A stretch of 64,000 nucleotides of DNA from NCBI GenBank assembly GCA_036170915.1, contig JAVHQC010000006.1, positions 128,001 to 192,000 on the forward strand, read 5' to 3'. Shown piece by piece: positions 29,294 to 37,633 of the stretch. Positions within the stretch are counted from its first letter, which is position 1; each line of letters opens with the position of its first letter. The notes below the pieces were generated by a model, which saw only the letters and a program-made list of their open reading frames with translations, had not been told where the DNA came from and searched no databases. This DNA is from Cyanobacteria bacterium auto_48_18 (GTDB taxonomy: Bacteria; Cyanobacteriota; Vampirovibrionia; Obscuribacterales; Obscuribacteraceae). Position numbers and translations under genes: made by a program.

Positions 29294-31474
29294 CTAGATT
29301 CCGCCCATCTGACCATGGTCTGGTGAACCTTTGAGCACCAGGCGTTGGAAAGGAATTGGCTGTCCGTACAACAAATCGAAGCCGAAACGATTAATGCCCT
29401 GAATCATGTTGCGGGTGAGCAGCACTTTAAAGTCAGGTGGTCCAATGGCTGCAGTGACGGTTTTTTGATAGGGCAACTTGCTGTCGAAGCTGTAGCCGTA
29501 ACCGCCACCGAGGGTGAGCCATTTGTTGATTTTCACGTCGCCTTGAATATTAGCTGACTTCGAGCCTTGCAGAAACTGGTCGAAGAGGAAGGGCGAACTA
29601 CCTCTGACAGCTGATTGAGTGTAGTTAGTATTGAGGTTAAAGCGGTTTGCTCTGAACAGTAAACTTGGGCCAATTTGTCCCATCAGACGTGCGTCACCAG
29701 TAGAGTATCCGCTGGCAGCAAGACCACCAAAGAAGTATCCCTTCACACCATATTTTTCATTGCCCACCGAAAATACTGGTTGGGAAACTATTTGCACTTG
29801 TTCAGAGATTCTAAAGCCACTGGTTTTGACGGTATTGGTGGTGGTGCCACCATAGAGGGCCGCAAAAGCAGGACTGGTGTTAATCAATTGTGGATTGTCT
29901 TGAGCCCAACCAGCAGAACTGCGGAAATTAACACTGGCCAGGTAAGGTATTTGTTTTGCCACAGTATGGTTGTGCACCACTTCTGCAATCAGGCGAGCTC
30001 TCCGGAAACCATACAAACCATCTTCCAGGTATCTGTTGATACCTGCCTGGAATTTTGTATTGGGTGAAAGCTTAGTTCTGAAGTCAGCCACGAGAAGGTT
30101 CGACACAGAACCATAAGCTAAGCTGGAGCTCAGTTTCTTATTGCTGAAACCGACCTGGCCTGATAAGCCAACGCCGCTACCTTCAGTACTGCCGGTTGTG
30201 CCTCTGCCGCCTATCTGCACCATTGGTGCCCAGTGAAATCTACCGGTCTTGCCCATTGACGAGTTAAAGCTCGGACCAATATTGACACCACCACTTTGAA
30301 TGTTAGAGGTGATCATCGGGGTGACGGGGAACATGATGTTGTTCTCTTGACCCGTAGTGGCAACGAACTTAGGTATTGGAATGGTGAAATTATTGAAGAC
30401 CATACGGCCGCCGAGAACAGTGAGATTACCGCTCTCTTTATATTTCTCGTAAGTCATCTTCCGTGCTTTAAAAACGAAACTTCCTTTTTCAGGAAGATAA
30501 GCATCTGGGTGGCTTAACTTGTCGGCGATATCGGTAGCTGCACTGATTGGGCCGAACATCATGTTCTTGCCGATGTGGAACGGTTTTGGGGTCTCAAGGG
30601 TGCCGTTTCTGAAGATTAAGCCGTTCTTAGTGCCATACGCGCCGCGGGCAATGACCTGAGTGCCGTTCAGCTCAGTATCTGGTTCGGTAATCAGATATTC
30701 GTCTGAATCGACTTTGAATTTAAAGGCACTGCCTAAGGTCAATTGGCCATTGCGCAAAATTTTGACGTGACCACGAGCATCAACAATATTGGTGTTCTGA
30801 TCGTAGAGAATCATGTCGGCTTCGAGTTTAGAGTTTTGCCCGCCAATGATGGCAACCGCATTACCTGTGCCGAGGAATGTGTTTTTTTCTTGATCGTATT
30901 CAGTGTCATCAGCGACAATCTGAATGGTGCCACTCAGGGTTGTGTCTTCGCTGATGGCCGCGTCCATTTCGTTCAGAACAAGGTCATCGGCGGTGGCCGT
31001 TGCTTCTAAGGTTGGCGCGTTGCGAGCGTCTTCAGCTGAGATTCGGCTGGGAGCGTCTTTATCAATTTGAGGAACTTCTGCTTGCAATGCGGCATTGCCG
31101 GCAGTGCTCTTGATAGCGCCAGCAGGCGCACCAGATTCGGTGCTTAATTCTTCACTTTCAGTAGTATCAGCTGTATCAGCTGGGGTTTCGCCAGCTGCAG
31201 ATGTAACCGGTTTAGCAACTGGTTTAGCAACCGATTTAGCTGCCGCTTTAGGCTGCGAGCTTCGAGCGCTCTGAGGCTGAGTTTCGTTCTGGTCGATTCG
31301 GGGAGTGAGAGGCAGAAGTAGCGTGCCCGAAGGTTTGCTTTTGCTTCCAGCTGAAGCCACCGCAGGTAAAGCTAAGTTTGACAGCATCAGCAGCGATAAA
31401 CTTACTGCCACCATCTTTAGAGTTTGACGATCAGTGCCTTGATTCATAGAAACCTGTTTCTTGAGCAGCATCAC
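29294..31474 (-). CDS. lptD: LPS-assembly protein LptD-like (OstA domain plus beta-barrel); start uncertain
   Basis: Signal peptide, disordered linker, OstA-like IVADDTEYDQ...GTGNA...LEAD...ARGHV, then many amphipathic beta-strands. Confidence 0.72.
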   Translation of the reverse strand: MMLLKKQVSMNQGTDRQTLKMVAVSLSLLMLSNLALPAVASAGSKSKPSGTLLLPLTPRIDQNETQPQSARSSQPKAAAKSVAKPVAKPVTSAAGETPADTADTTESEELSTESGAPAGAIKSTAGNAALQAEVPQIDKDAPSRISAEDARNAPTLEATATADDLVLNEMDAAISEDTTLSGTIQIVADDTEYDQEKNTFLGTGNAVAIIGGQNSKLEADMILYDQNTNIVDARGHVKILRNGQLTLGSAFKFKVDSDEYLITEPDTELNGTQVIARGAYGTKNGLIFRNGTLETPKPFHIGKNMMFGPISAATDIADKLSHPDAYLPEKGSFVFKARKMTYEKYKESGNLTVLGGRMVFNNFTIPIPKFVATTGQENNIMFPVTPMITSNIQSGGVNIGPSFNSSMGKTGRFHWAPMVQIGGRGTTGSTEGSGVGLSGQVGFSNKKLSSSLAYGSVSNLLVADFRTKLSPNTKFQAGINRYLEDGLYGFRRARLIAEVVHNHTVAKQIPYLASVNFRSSAGWAQDNPQLINTSPAFAALYGGTTTNTVKTSGFRISEQVQIVSQPVFSVGNEKYGVKGYFFGGLAASGYSTGDARLMGQIGPSLLFRANRFNLNTNYTQSAVRGSSPFLFDQFLQGSKSANIQGDVKINKWLTLGGGYGYSFDSKLPYQKTVTAAIGPPDFKVLLTRNMIQGINRFGFDLLYGQPIPFQRLVLKGSPDHGQMGGI

Positions 31475-31506
31475 TTTATATGATTGACCTTGTTACTACT
31501 GCATGA

Positions 31507-31532
31507 GACGCACGAATTAGCAGACGCGTTCC
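31507..31532 (-). promoter_or_regulatory. Putative ECF-sigma promoter of lptD
   Basis: Minus strand reads GGAAC-N17-CGTC, about 32 bp before the ORF start. Confidence 0.55.
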
Positions 31533-31866
31533 CGCCTATTGTCGCAGCAAAATCGATTCTCTTTATTACTTCCAGCCAATGATTAAGATACCCGAAGCGT
31601 TGGTTATAGCTTATTAAAGGTGGTTCTGACAACCGGGATGTCAAAGAGTTGCACGCGTTTGTCAGTCAGTCTCGGCTAAAGGCAGACAAGTACGGCTGAC
31701 TTTGCGGCAAAATGTGAAGCCACCAGGGTTGCTGCGGCTGTCAAGGCGAAGATTGTGGCACTTTTAGAATTCACCTCAGTCTAAGCAAAAAACTGATTAA
31801 CCTTGTTTAAAGTTTGATTTTCCGCCCTGTATGTGAGTGAATGAAAATATTTAGTAGAGCGCAAAC

Positions 31867-33030
31867 ATGAACCCATTTGTCTTTCACACTCCAACAAGGG
31901 TGTACTTCGGTGAAGAGTCGGCCACTTCTTGTGGAGACTTCATCCTTGAGCTGGGCGGGTCTCGAGTGCTTTTAGTATCTGATGCCTTCCTCGAAAAGAG
32001 CGGCATGCTTGCTCCCATTATTGAAAGCATAATTGCTGCCACAGGCAATCCACCGCTAATTTTTACTGATGTACCACCCGACTCAGATATATCTTGCGTC
32101 AATCGCGCCAGCGAGTTGGCACGAGCCAATCAATGCAACGCACTTGTGGCGGTGGGTGGCGGCTCTGTAATCGACACAGCCAAAGTAGTAAACATCTGCC
32201 TTACGTTCGGCGGCGAACTTATGGATTATCAGGGGCTGAACATAATTGATCGGCCTCTTTTGCCATTAGTTGCGGTGCCCACCACCGCTGGTACCGGTGC
32301 GGAAGTCTCCTTTGTGGCTATGGTCAAAGACCATGACGAAGGCAAAAAGCTCATGTTCGGCAGCCCATTTCTCGCGCCTAATGTGGCCGTTCTCGACCCT
32401 TTGTTGATCGTGTCGCTACCTGCTAGATTGACTGCCGCCACAGGTATAGATGCTGTCACTCATGGCATCGAATGCTTTGTCGCTTCCGGAACTAATTCTG
32501 TTTTTACTAATGCCATTTGCCTGGAAGCATTGCGATTGCTTTTTGAATTTTTACCTCAAGCAACTGTCGACGGCACTAATTTGGAAGCGCGCGGTGCTAC
32601 TCTGGCAGCCAGCTGTATGGCCGGTGTGGCGTTTACAAATTCTGGAGTTGGTATCACACATGCTCTTGCACATTCGGTGGGAGCCAAATATGCCACCCAT
32701 CATGGTATGACCAACGGTGTTTTGCTGCCTCACGGCATGCGTTTCAATCTTGCCACTACCGCACCACAGTATGCGCGCATTGCTCGCTTTCTCAATTTCA
32801 CCAGTGGTGGATCGGACGCAGAGCAAGCACAAATTTTGGTAGATAGAGTTGAAAACTTACTCAAAGAACTAAAACTTCCCCGTACTCTGCGCGAGTTGGG
32901 GATACCTGAGTTGACTGCCGATAATCTTAAAGAACTTGTGGATATGGCTAGCTCGGATCCTGCAATAATGTTTAATCCGAAAGAGGCATCTGATGATGAC
33001 CTTCTACAACTTTTGAAAGGGGCATATTGA
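31867..33030 (+). CDS. Iron-containing alcohol dehydrogenase
   Basis: GGGSVIDTAK, PTTAGTGAE, DAVTH, HALAH, HHG metal ligands. Confidence 0.93.
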   Translation: MNPFVFHTPTRVYFGEESATSCGDFILELGGSRVLLVSDAFLEKSGMLAPIIESIIAATGNPPLIFTDVPPDSDISCVNRASELARANQCNALVAVGGGSVIDTAKVVNICLTFGGELMDYQGLNIIDRPLLPLVAVPTTAGTGAEVSFVAMVKDHDEGKKLMFGSPFLAPNVAVLDPLLIVSLPARLTAATGIDAVTHGIECFVASGTNSVFTNAICLEALRLLFEFLPQATVDGTNLEARGATLAASCMAGVAFTNSGVGITHALAHSVGAKYATHHGMTNGVLLPHGMRFNLATTAPQYARIARFLNFTSGGSDAEQAQILVDRVENLLKELKLPRTLRELGIPELTADNLKELVDMASSDPAIMFNPKEASDDDLLQLLKGAY

Positions 33031-33443
33031 TGGCTGTCTTTGCCGATACGGACGAATTGCATCATGTCATGGTCGATCTCTGGACGGCTATACAAAGTGA
33101 TGCCGAGATGGCTGCTCCACTTTTGTCATCACGATTGATTGTCACTTTCCATTATCGTGAACCTGACGGTCGATTGACTGTTGATTGCTCTGACGGAAGA
33201 GAAATGGTAATTACTGCCGGCGAATGCGAACGCAAACCGGTGGTGGAAATGTTCATGAAATCAAGCGTTGCCCACGAGTTCTGGATGGGGAAAGTCAACG
33301 TACCCATGGCTTTGATTCAAGGCAAAATTGTAGCGAAAGGCCCAGTGAATAAGGCTCTAGCTTTGTTGCCTGCAATCAAACCGGCTTATGGTATTTATCC
33401 ATCCATTATTGAAAAAAACGGCCTTAAGGTTTCGACTACATAA
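33027..33443 (+). CDS. SCP2 (sterol/lipid carrier) domain protein
   Basis: HEFWMGKVNVPMALIQGKIVAKG fits the SCP2 C-terminal pattern; overlaps the ADH stop. Confidence 0.78.
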   Translation: MMAVFADTDELHHVMVDLWTAIQSDAEMAAPLLSSRLIVTFHYREPDGRLTVDCSDGREMVITAGECERKPVVEMFMKSSVAHEFWMGKVNVPMALIQGKIVAKGPVNKALALLPAIKPAYGIYPSIIEKNGLKVSTT

Positions 33444-34463
33444 ATGACGGTAATCACCATTGGTGAACTGGTTGTTGATTGGATTGCCACCAAAAAAGGC
33501 ATAGGCTGGAATCAGTCAGAAACTTTTTTGCGTAGTTCTGGTGGCAATGCCGCCAATGTCGCTCAAGCGCTCTGTCGTCTAGGTACCAAAGCCAGGCTGG
33601 TAGCCAAGGTTGGCGACGATATACACGCTGGTTATCTGCTTGAGGCTTTAGTTGCCGCCGGGGTAGAAACCAGATTTGTCTCGCAAACTTCAGCCTTTGC
33701 TACTGCACAATGTTATGTGCTTACAGATGCCGCTGAAGAAAATCAATTCTTTAATTGGCCAAAGCCTAATGCATGCCACCAGTTAACCGTTGACGATCTC
33801 CCTCAAGACCTTTTTGACAAAGCCGTGGCTCTTCATGCCACTGGTATCTCGCTCACAGTAGAACCTCGCAGCAGCGCTGTAATCGAAGCAATGTCGCGAG
33901 GCAAAAACAATGGTTTACTGATTTCGTTCGATGCCGGCTTTCCTACCGGTGAAGGCGACAAGGCGCGAAAATTGGCTCATCAAGCCATGGCACTGGCTCA
34001 CGTGATCAAAGTTAATTTGCCTGAACTCTATTTTTGGCTGGCAGATTTTGACTCGCTTGAGGGCGCAAAAGTCGAACGCAATTTAACCGACAACATTGAG
34101 ACATTGACTGCTTATGGTCAACTTTTGCGGCAGCGCACTGGCGCCGAGATCATTCTACTTACTCTTGGTGCCGGCGGTTCAATTATTGTCAGTGCCGCTC
34201 AAAGTTGCTTTGCTGCTCCTATTAAAGTTAAAAGCCTCGCCGGTGTTGGCGCCGGTGACGCCTATGTGGCGGCAGTTCTTAATCAAATTGCTGAGGGGCA
34301 AAACTCATTTACTGAAGAGCATGATTGGCAGTCGAGGCTCAATTTAGATTGGCCTGCTATTGCCAGATTCGCCAATGCTGCCGGAGCACTGGCAACCAGA
34401 ACCATAAGTGCTTCCCAGGGTCTGCCAAGTCTGGAAGAAGTAAAAGCCTTAGTACGGCAATAA
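33444..34463 (+). CDS. PfkB family carbohydrate kinase
   Basis: GGNAANVA, KVGDD, KVNLPE, TLGAGG, GAGDAY. Confidence 0.9.
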   Translation: MTVITIGELVVDWIATKKGIGWNQSETFLRSSGGNAANVAQALCRLGTKARLVAKVGDDIHAGYLLEALVAAGVETRFVSQTSAFATAQCYVLTDAAEENQFFNWPKPNACHQLTVDDLPQDLFDKAVALHATGISLTVEPRSSAVIEAMSRGKNNGLLISFDAGFPTGEGDKARKLAHQAMALAHVIKVNLPELYFWLADFDSLEGAKVERNLTDNIETLTAYGQLLRQRTGAEIILLTLGAGGSIIVSAAQSCFAAPIKVKSLAGVGAGDAYVAAVLNQIAEGQNSFTEEHDWQSRLNLDWPAIARFANAAGALATRTISASQGLPSLEEVKALVRQ

Positions 34464-34563
34464 TTTTCGTAGAAGCATCAGTGCACACGACATATAGCTC
34501 TTTGTAGGCTTAAGGTATTGCTGTTACACTGGCATCAGGCTATAAACTAAAATAGGTATCTCA

Positions 34564-34701
34564 ATGGAAGGCATAGGCGAAATATTTTCTACTTTTCACC
34601 TGCTTGCCACCATCGCGGTAATTCTTCTGGTGGTTACCGGCATTGCTGTGGTAGTTATTTTGGCCAGAGTCTTTCGCCGCGACTTCGAGCAGCAAGACTA
34701 G
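34564..34701 (+). CDS. 45-aa single-pass membrane microprotein (not in the ORF track)
   Basis: MEGIGEIFSTFHLLATIAVILLVVTGIAVVVILARVFRRDFEQQD*; AGGT RBS-like element upstream; fills the intergenic gap. Confidence 0.65.
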   Translation: MEGIGEIFSTFHLLATIAVILLVVTGIAVVVILARVFRRDFEQQD

Positions 34702-34725
34702 ATCCACTTGATATTGATGGCATCT

Positions 34726-35361
34726 TTATGGTGAGATTATGCGGTCTGCTGAGAATAAATACTCGCAGATGGCAAACATGTTGGTAACTTGTTCGACCGG
34801 CACTTTTTCCTTTAGACCGTAAAAGTCAAGGCAGAGGCCACATGCAAGCACTTCGATGCCTTTATCTCTGAGGTCATTTAGTACCTTTATATATGGTCCG
34901 CCAGGATCCATTAATTTGACACCGCTGTTCACCATTAGTATCGCCCTTGGTTCATGACCCGATTGGCAAATTGTTTGCAAAAAGAGATTGAGCAGATGAG
35001 CGCTGAAGTCGTGCCCTTTTTCAGAATGGTCACCTTCGCCAAAAGTATCGCGACTGAGAAAAACGATGGTGCCTGCAGAATTATCAGTATTGGTTGGCTT
35101 TTTCACTGACGTTTTTGTCTGCTGATGGTCGTGAGTTTGCTCATGATTCTGGCGCTCTAGTACTACTCTAAAGTGGTCATCTGACTCTTCTTTGAGCACT
35201 GACAGATTTTGCGAACCGGCTAGCCGGGAGAGATTTTGCACGTTCACTTCATTGTCTACCAGCGCTTCAATGCAAGTGATAGAGGTGTCGTCAATAAGTT
35301 TCTTTGTTCGCAGCACCGGTTCAGGACAGGTGAGACCTCTGAGATCAACTATTTTTTTCAT
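34726..35361 (-). CDS. yedF: Sulfurtransferase-like selenium metabolism protein YedF (TusA domain plus DsrE-like domain)
   Basis: DLRGLTCPEPV (CPxP), NSGVKL, ACGLCLDFYGL, VTNM; next to selD. Confidence 0.88.
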   Translation of the reverse strand: MKKIVDLRGLTCPEPVLRTKKLIDDTSITCIEALVDNEVNVQNLSRLAGSQNLSVLKEESDDHFRVVLERQNHEQTHDHQQTKTSVKKPTNTDNSAGTIVFLSRDTFGEGDHSEKGHDFSAHLLNLFLQTICQSGHEPRAILMVNSGVKLMDPGGPYIKVLNDLRDKGIEVLACGLCLDFYGLKEKVPVEQVTNMFAICEYLFSADRIISP

Positions 35362-35391
35362 TGTCGGTTTTACTCTTACAATTTTGCAGTA

Positions 35392-36555
35392 TCAATTAAT
35401 TACGACATCAATGTGACCAGGGATGCCTTCGATGAATTGACCAATGTCTGTTGCTTCGATGCCGGCATCAGTAAGGCTGCGCACCACTCTTTGGCTGTCA
35501 TGTTCAGCCACCGCAAATAACAAACCGCCCGATGTTTGCGGGTCGTACAAAAGATCGCTTACTTCTAAAGGCAGATCTTTTATATAAGATACGCTCGCCT
35601 CAAATGATTTTCGATTACCGTAGGCACCAGCAGGCACAAACCCCTGTTTGGCAAAATTTAAAACTGATGCTAGAAAACGCAAAGCAGAAACATTCATGCG
35701 CGCAGCCAGCTTGCTACCTTTAGCCATCTCATGAATATGTCCAATCAATCCAAAGCCAGTAACGTCGGTGCATGCATGTATATCTACTGAGCGTGCGATC
35801 TCCAGCGTGCGATCATTCAATGTAGTCAGTGCTGAAAATAATTGGCCCTGCTCAGCTGGGCTGAGTAATGCTGCCTTGAATGCAAGCAGGCTTACCCCTG
35901 TCCCAAGAGCTTTAGTCATGATGATTTTGTCACCGGTTTGCGCACCACTGTTGGTGAGCACTTCATTTGGATTAATCAGGCCAGTTACCGCCAGGCCGTA
36001 TATAGTCTCAGGGCTTTGAATCGAGTGGCCGCCTGTGAGGAGAGCACCTGCTCGTGCCACTTGGTCAGCACCACCACGCAATATTTCGCTGGCAATTGAA
36101 AGTGGATAGTCGCATGTGGGAAAAGCAAAAATTGCCAGGGCCATGATCGGTTTACCACCCATGGCGTATATATCAGAGAGGGCATTACAAGCGGCTATCT
36201 GGCCATACAAATATGGATCATCAACAACAGGTGGAAAGAAATCGACGCTTTCTATAATCGCTAGATCTTCACTTAATTTATAAACGGCAGCGTCTTCAAA
36301 ATTATCAATGCCAGTAAGTAAGTTTGGATTTTTACTTTTTGGCAGCCCAGCCAGAATTTGTTTTAATTCGGTGGCACTGAGTTTAGCCGCACAGCCGCCG
36401 GCTTTGACGTTGCTAGTGAGGCGCCGTTCGCCCACAGGATGTTCAGCTTCAACACCAGTTCTTTCAATTGCTTCGGCAGTTTTTTCAGCAATTTTCTCTC
36501 GCGTTTCCTTTGTGGAATCGTTGCCTGAATGTTGAATAAATTCGTTGGTAGTCAT
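35392..36555 (-). CDS. selD: Selenide, water dikinase (selenophosphate synthetase), Cys form
   Basis: GGCAAK (TGT codon), EDAAVY, VDFFPPVVDDP, NALSDIYAMGG, TDVTGFGL, DPQTSGGLL. Confidence 0.96.
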   Translation of the reverse strand: MTTNEFIQHSGNDSTKETREKIAEKTAEAIERTGVEAEHPVGERRLTSNVKAGGCAAKLSATELKQILAGLPKSKNPNLLTGIDNFEDAAVYKLSEDLAIIESVDFFPPVVDDPYLYGQIAACNALSDIYAMGGKPIMALAIFAFPTCDYPLSIASEILRGGADQVARAGALLTGGHSIQSPETIYGLAVTGLINPNEVLTNSGAQTGDKIIMTKALGTGVSLLAFKAALLSPAEQGQLFSALTTLNDRTLEIARSVDIHACTDVTGFGLIGHIHEMAKGSKLAARMNVSALRFLASVLNFAKQGFVPAGAYGNRKSFEASVSYIKDLPLEVSDLLYDPQTSGGLLFAVAEHDSQRVVRSLTDAGIEATDIGQFIEGIPGHIDVVIN

Positions 36556-36894
36556 ATGGATTTACGAAGTATGTTCTTTGAATATCCGCATGGTATGTGG
36601 ATTTTTAAACAGTGGTGTCGCCAGTGGTGATTCTGTTGTTAGCCAAGAAACCTTTTATATTAGTTTGTTTAGTTTCCACTGCTAATGTGGCTTTTAGCTC
36701 TTTAAAAAGTGCATTGATAAGTGTAAATTGTATTGTGGAAATCGAAGAGCACTTCCCTCGACAATTCACCTAGCATAAAAGGTGCATTTGCGTCTGTCCA
36801 GTTTACTAGGCACAACTAGTTTACCGGTATCTTGTGGCGTCGGTTTCGAAAATTTGGTTTTAATACTTTTTTGGAATTTACAAAAAGGAAAGTC

Positions 36895-37101
36895 ATGCCG
36901 AAGAAAGTACTAGTTGCCCTTCCACCAGGTCTGCTTGAACAAATTGATTTCGTTGCTCAAGTTGAGCATAGAACTCGCTCAGATTTGATGCGTGAAGCCC
37001 TCCGTCGTTACATTGATGCCTTCAAGCGCAATCAAGGACCACGAATGCAAGTGAGCAGTGTGGGCTCGCAGAAAATCGCTTTATTGACTGACGCTGAGTA
37101 A
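36895..37101 (+). CDS. CopG/ribbon-helix-helix DNA-binding protein
   Basis: MPKKVLVALPPGLLEQIDFVAQVEHRTRSDLMREALRRY; AAGGAA RBS before ATG 36895. Confidence 0.82.
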   Translation: MPKKVLVALPPGLLEQIDFVAQVEHRTRSDLMREALRRYIDAFKRNQGPRMQVSSVGSQKIALLTDAE

Positions 37102-37171
37102 TTCCCCCACTCTACCTGTTGACGTCCTGGATTATTAAGCATACGATCCATTGGTCAAGTCAGGATGAGTC

Positions 37172-37513
37172 ATGGCAATCGACTTCTGGAAAATTTGCGT
37201 ACTCGAGTTCCTTTTCGTCACCTCTGTGATGTTGGTCCTTGGCTATGTGAAACAGCCACGTTTCTTGATGAAACGACGCCTGGTTAAAGGTTTCCCCTGG
37301 GGTTACTATGCTGACCAGGTGCCGCAAGGTGATCCCAGCAGATTTCCTGGCAATGACAGAGACTTTTTGCACGACACGGGCACAAGCTTCAGTGGGTTGG
37401 AAGGTTTTGGCGACTATGGCGAATTCAGCGGCTTCGGCCAGCTGGGTGAGCTTGGTGGTGCCTTCATCGGCGGCGATGGCGGCAGCGGGGGCGGCGGTGG
37501 TGGCGCAGACTAA
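37172..37513 (+). CDS. Small membrane-anchored protein with a Gly-rich tail
   Basis: N-terminal TM helix; tail GGDGGSGGGGGGAD. Confidence 0.55.
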   Translation: MAIDFWKICVLEFLFVTSVMLVLGYVKQPRFLMKRRLVKGFPWGYYADQVPQGDPSRFPGNDRDFLHDTGTSFSGLEGFGDYGEFSGFGQLGELGGAFIGGDGGSGGGGGGAD

Positions 37514-37633
37514 GTCTGATCGGTGCTGTCTAGCGCTGTCAGCTTAAGTCGACACGCCACAGTGTCGTAGATCCTGTAAGATTTAAAATCTAGATTCTCA
37601 ATCTAGAGTTGTTTCTGTGCCGCTTGAGGCTCC

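Noticed and set aside
31209..31244. 12-bp tandem repeats in lptD (AKPV units)
   Set aside because: Ordinary in-frame low-complexity linker
31533..31866. Possible riboswitch or ncRNA in the long intergenic region
   Set aside because: No recognisable conserved motif; divergent promoters explain the length. An Rfam scan would settle it.
36385..36400. Selenocysteine in SelD
   Set aside because: The codon is TGT (Cys) and the frame is uninterrupted
37589..37607. Inverted repeat TCTAGATT-ctc-AATCTAGA before the CPBP protease
   Set aside because: A single short AT-rich instance; possible operator but unsupported
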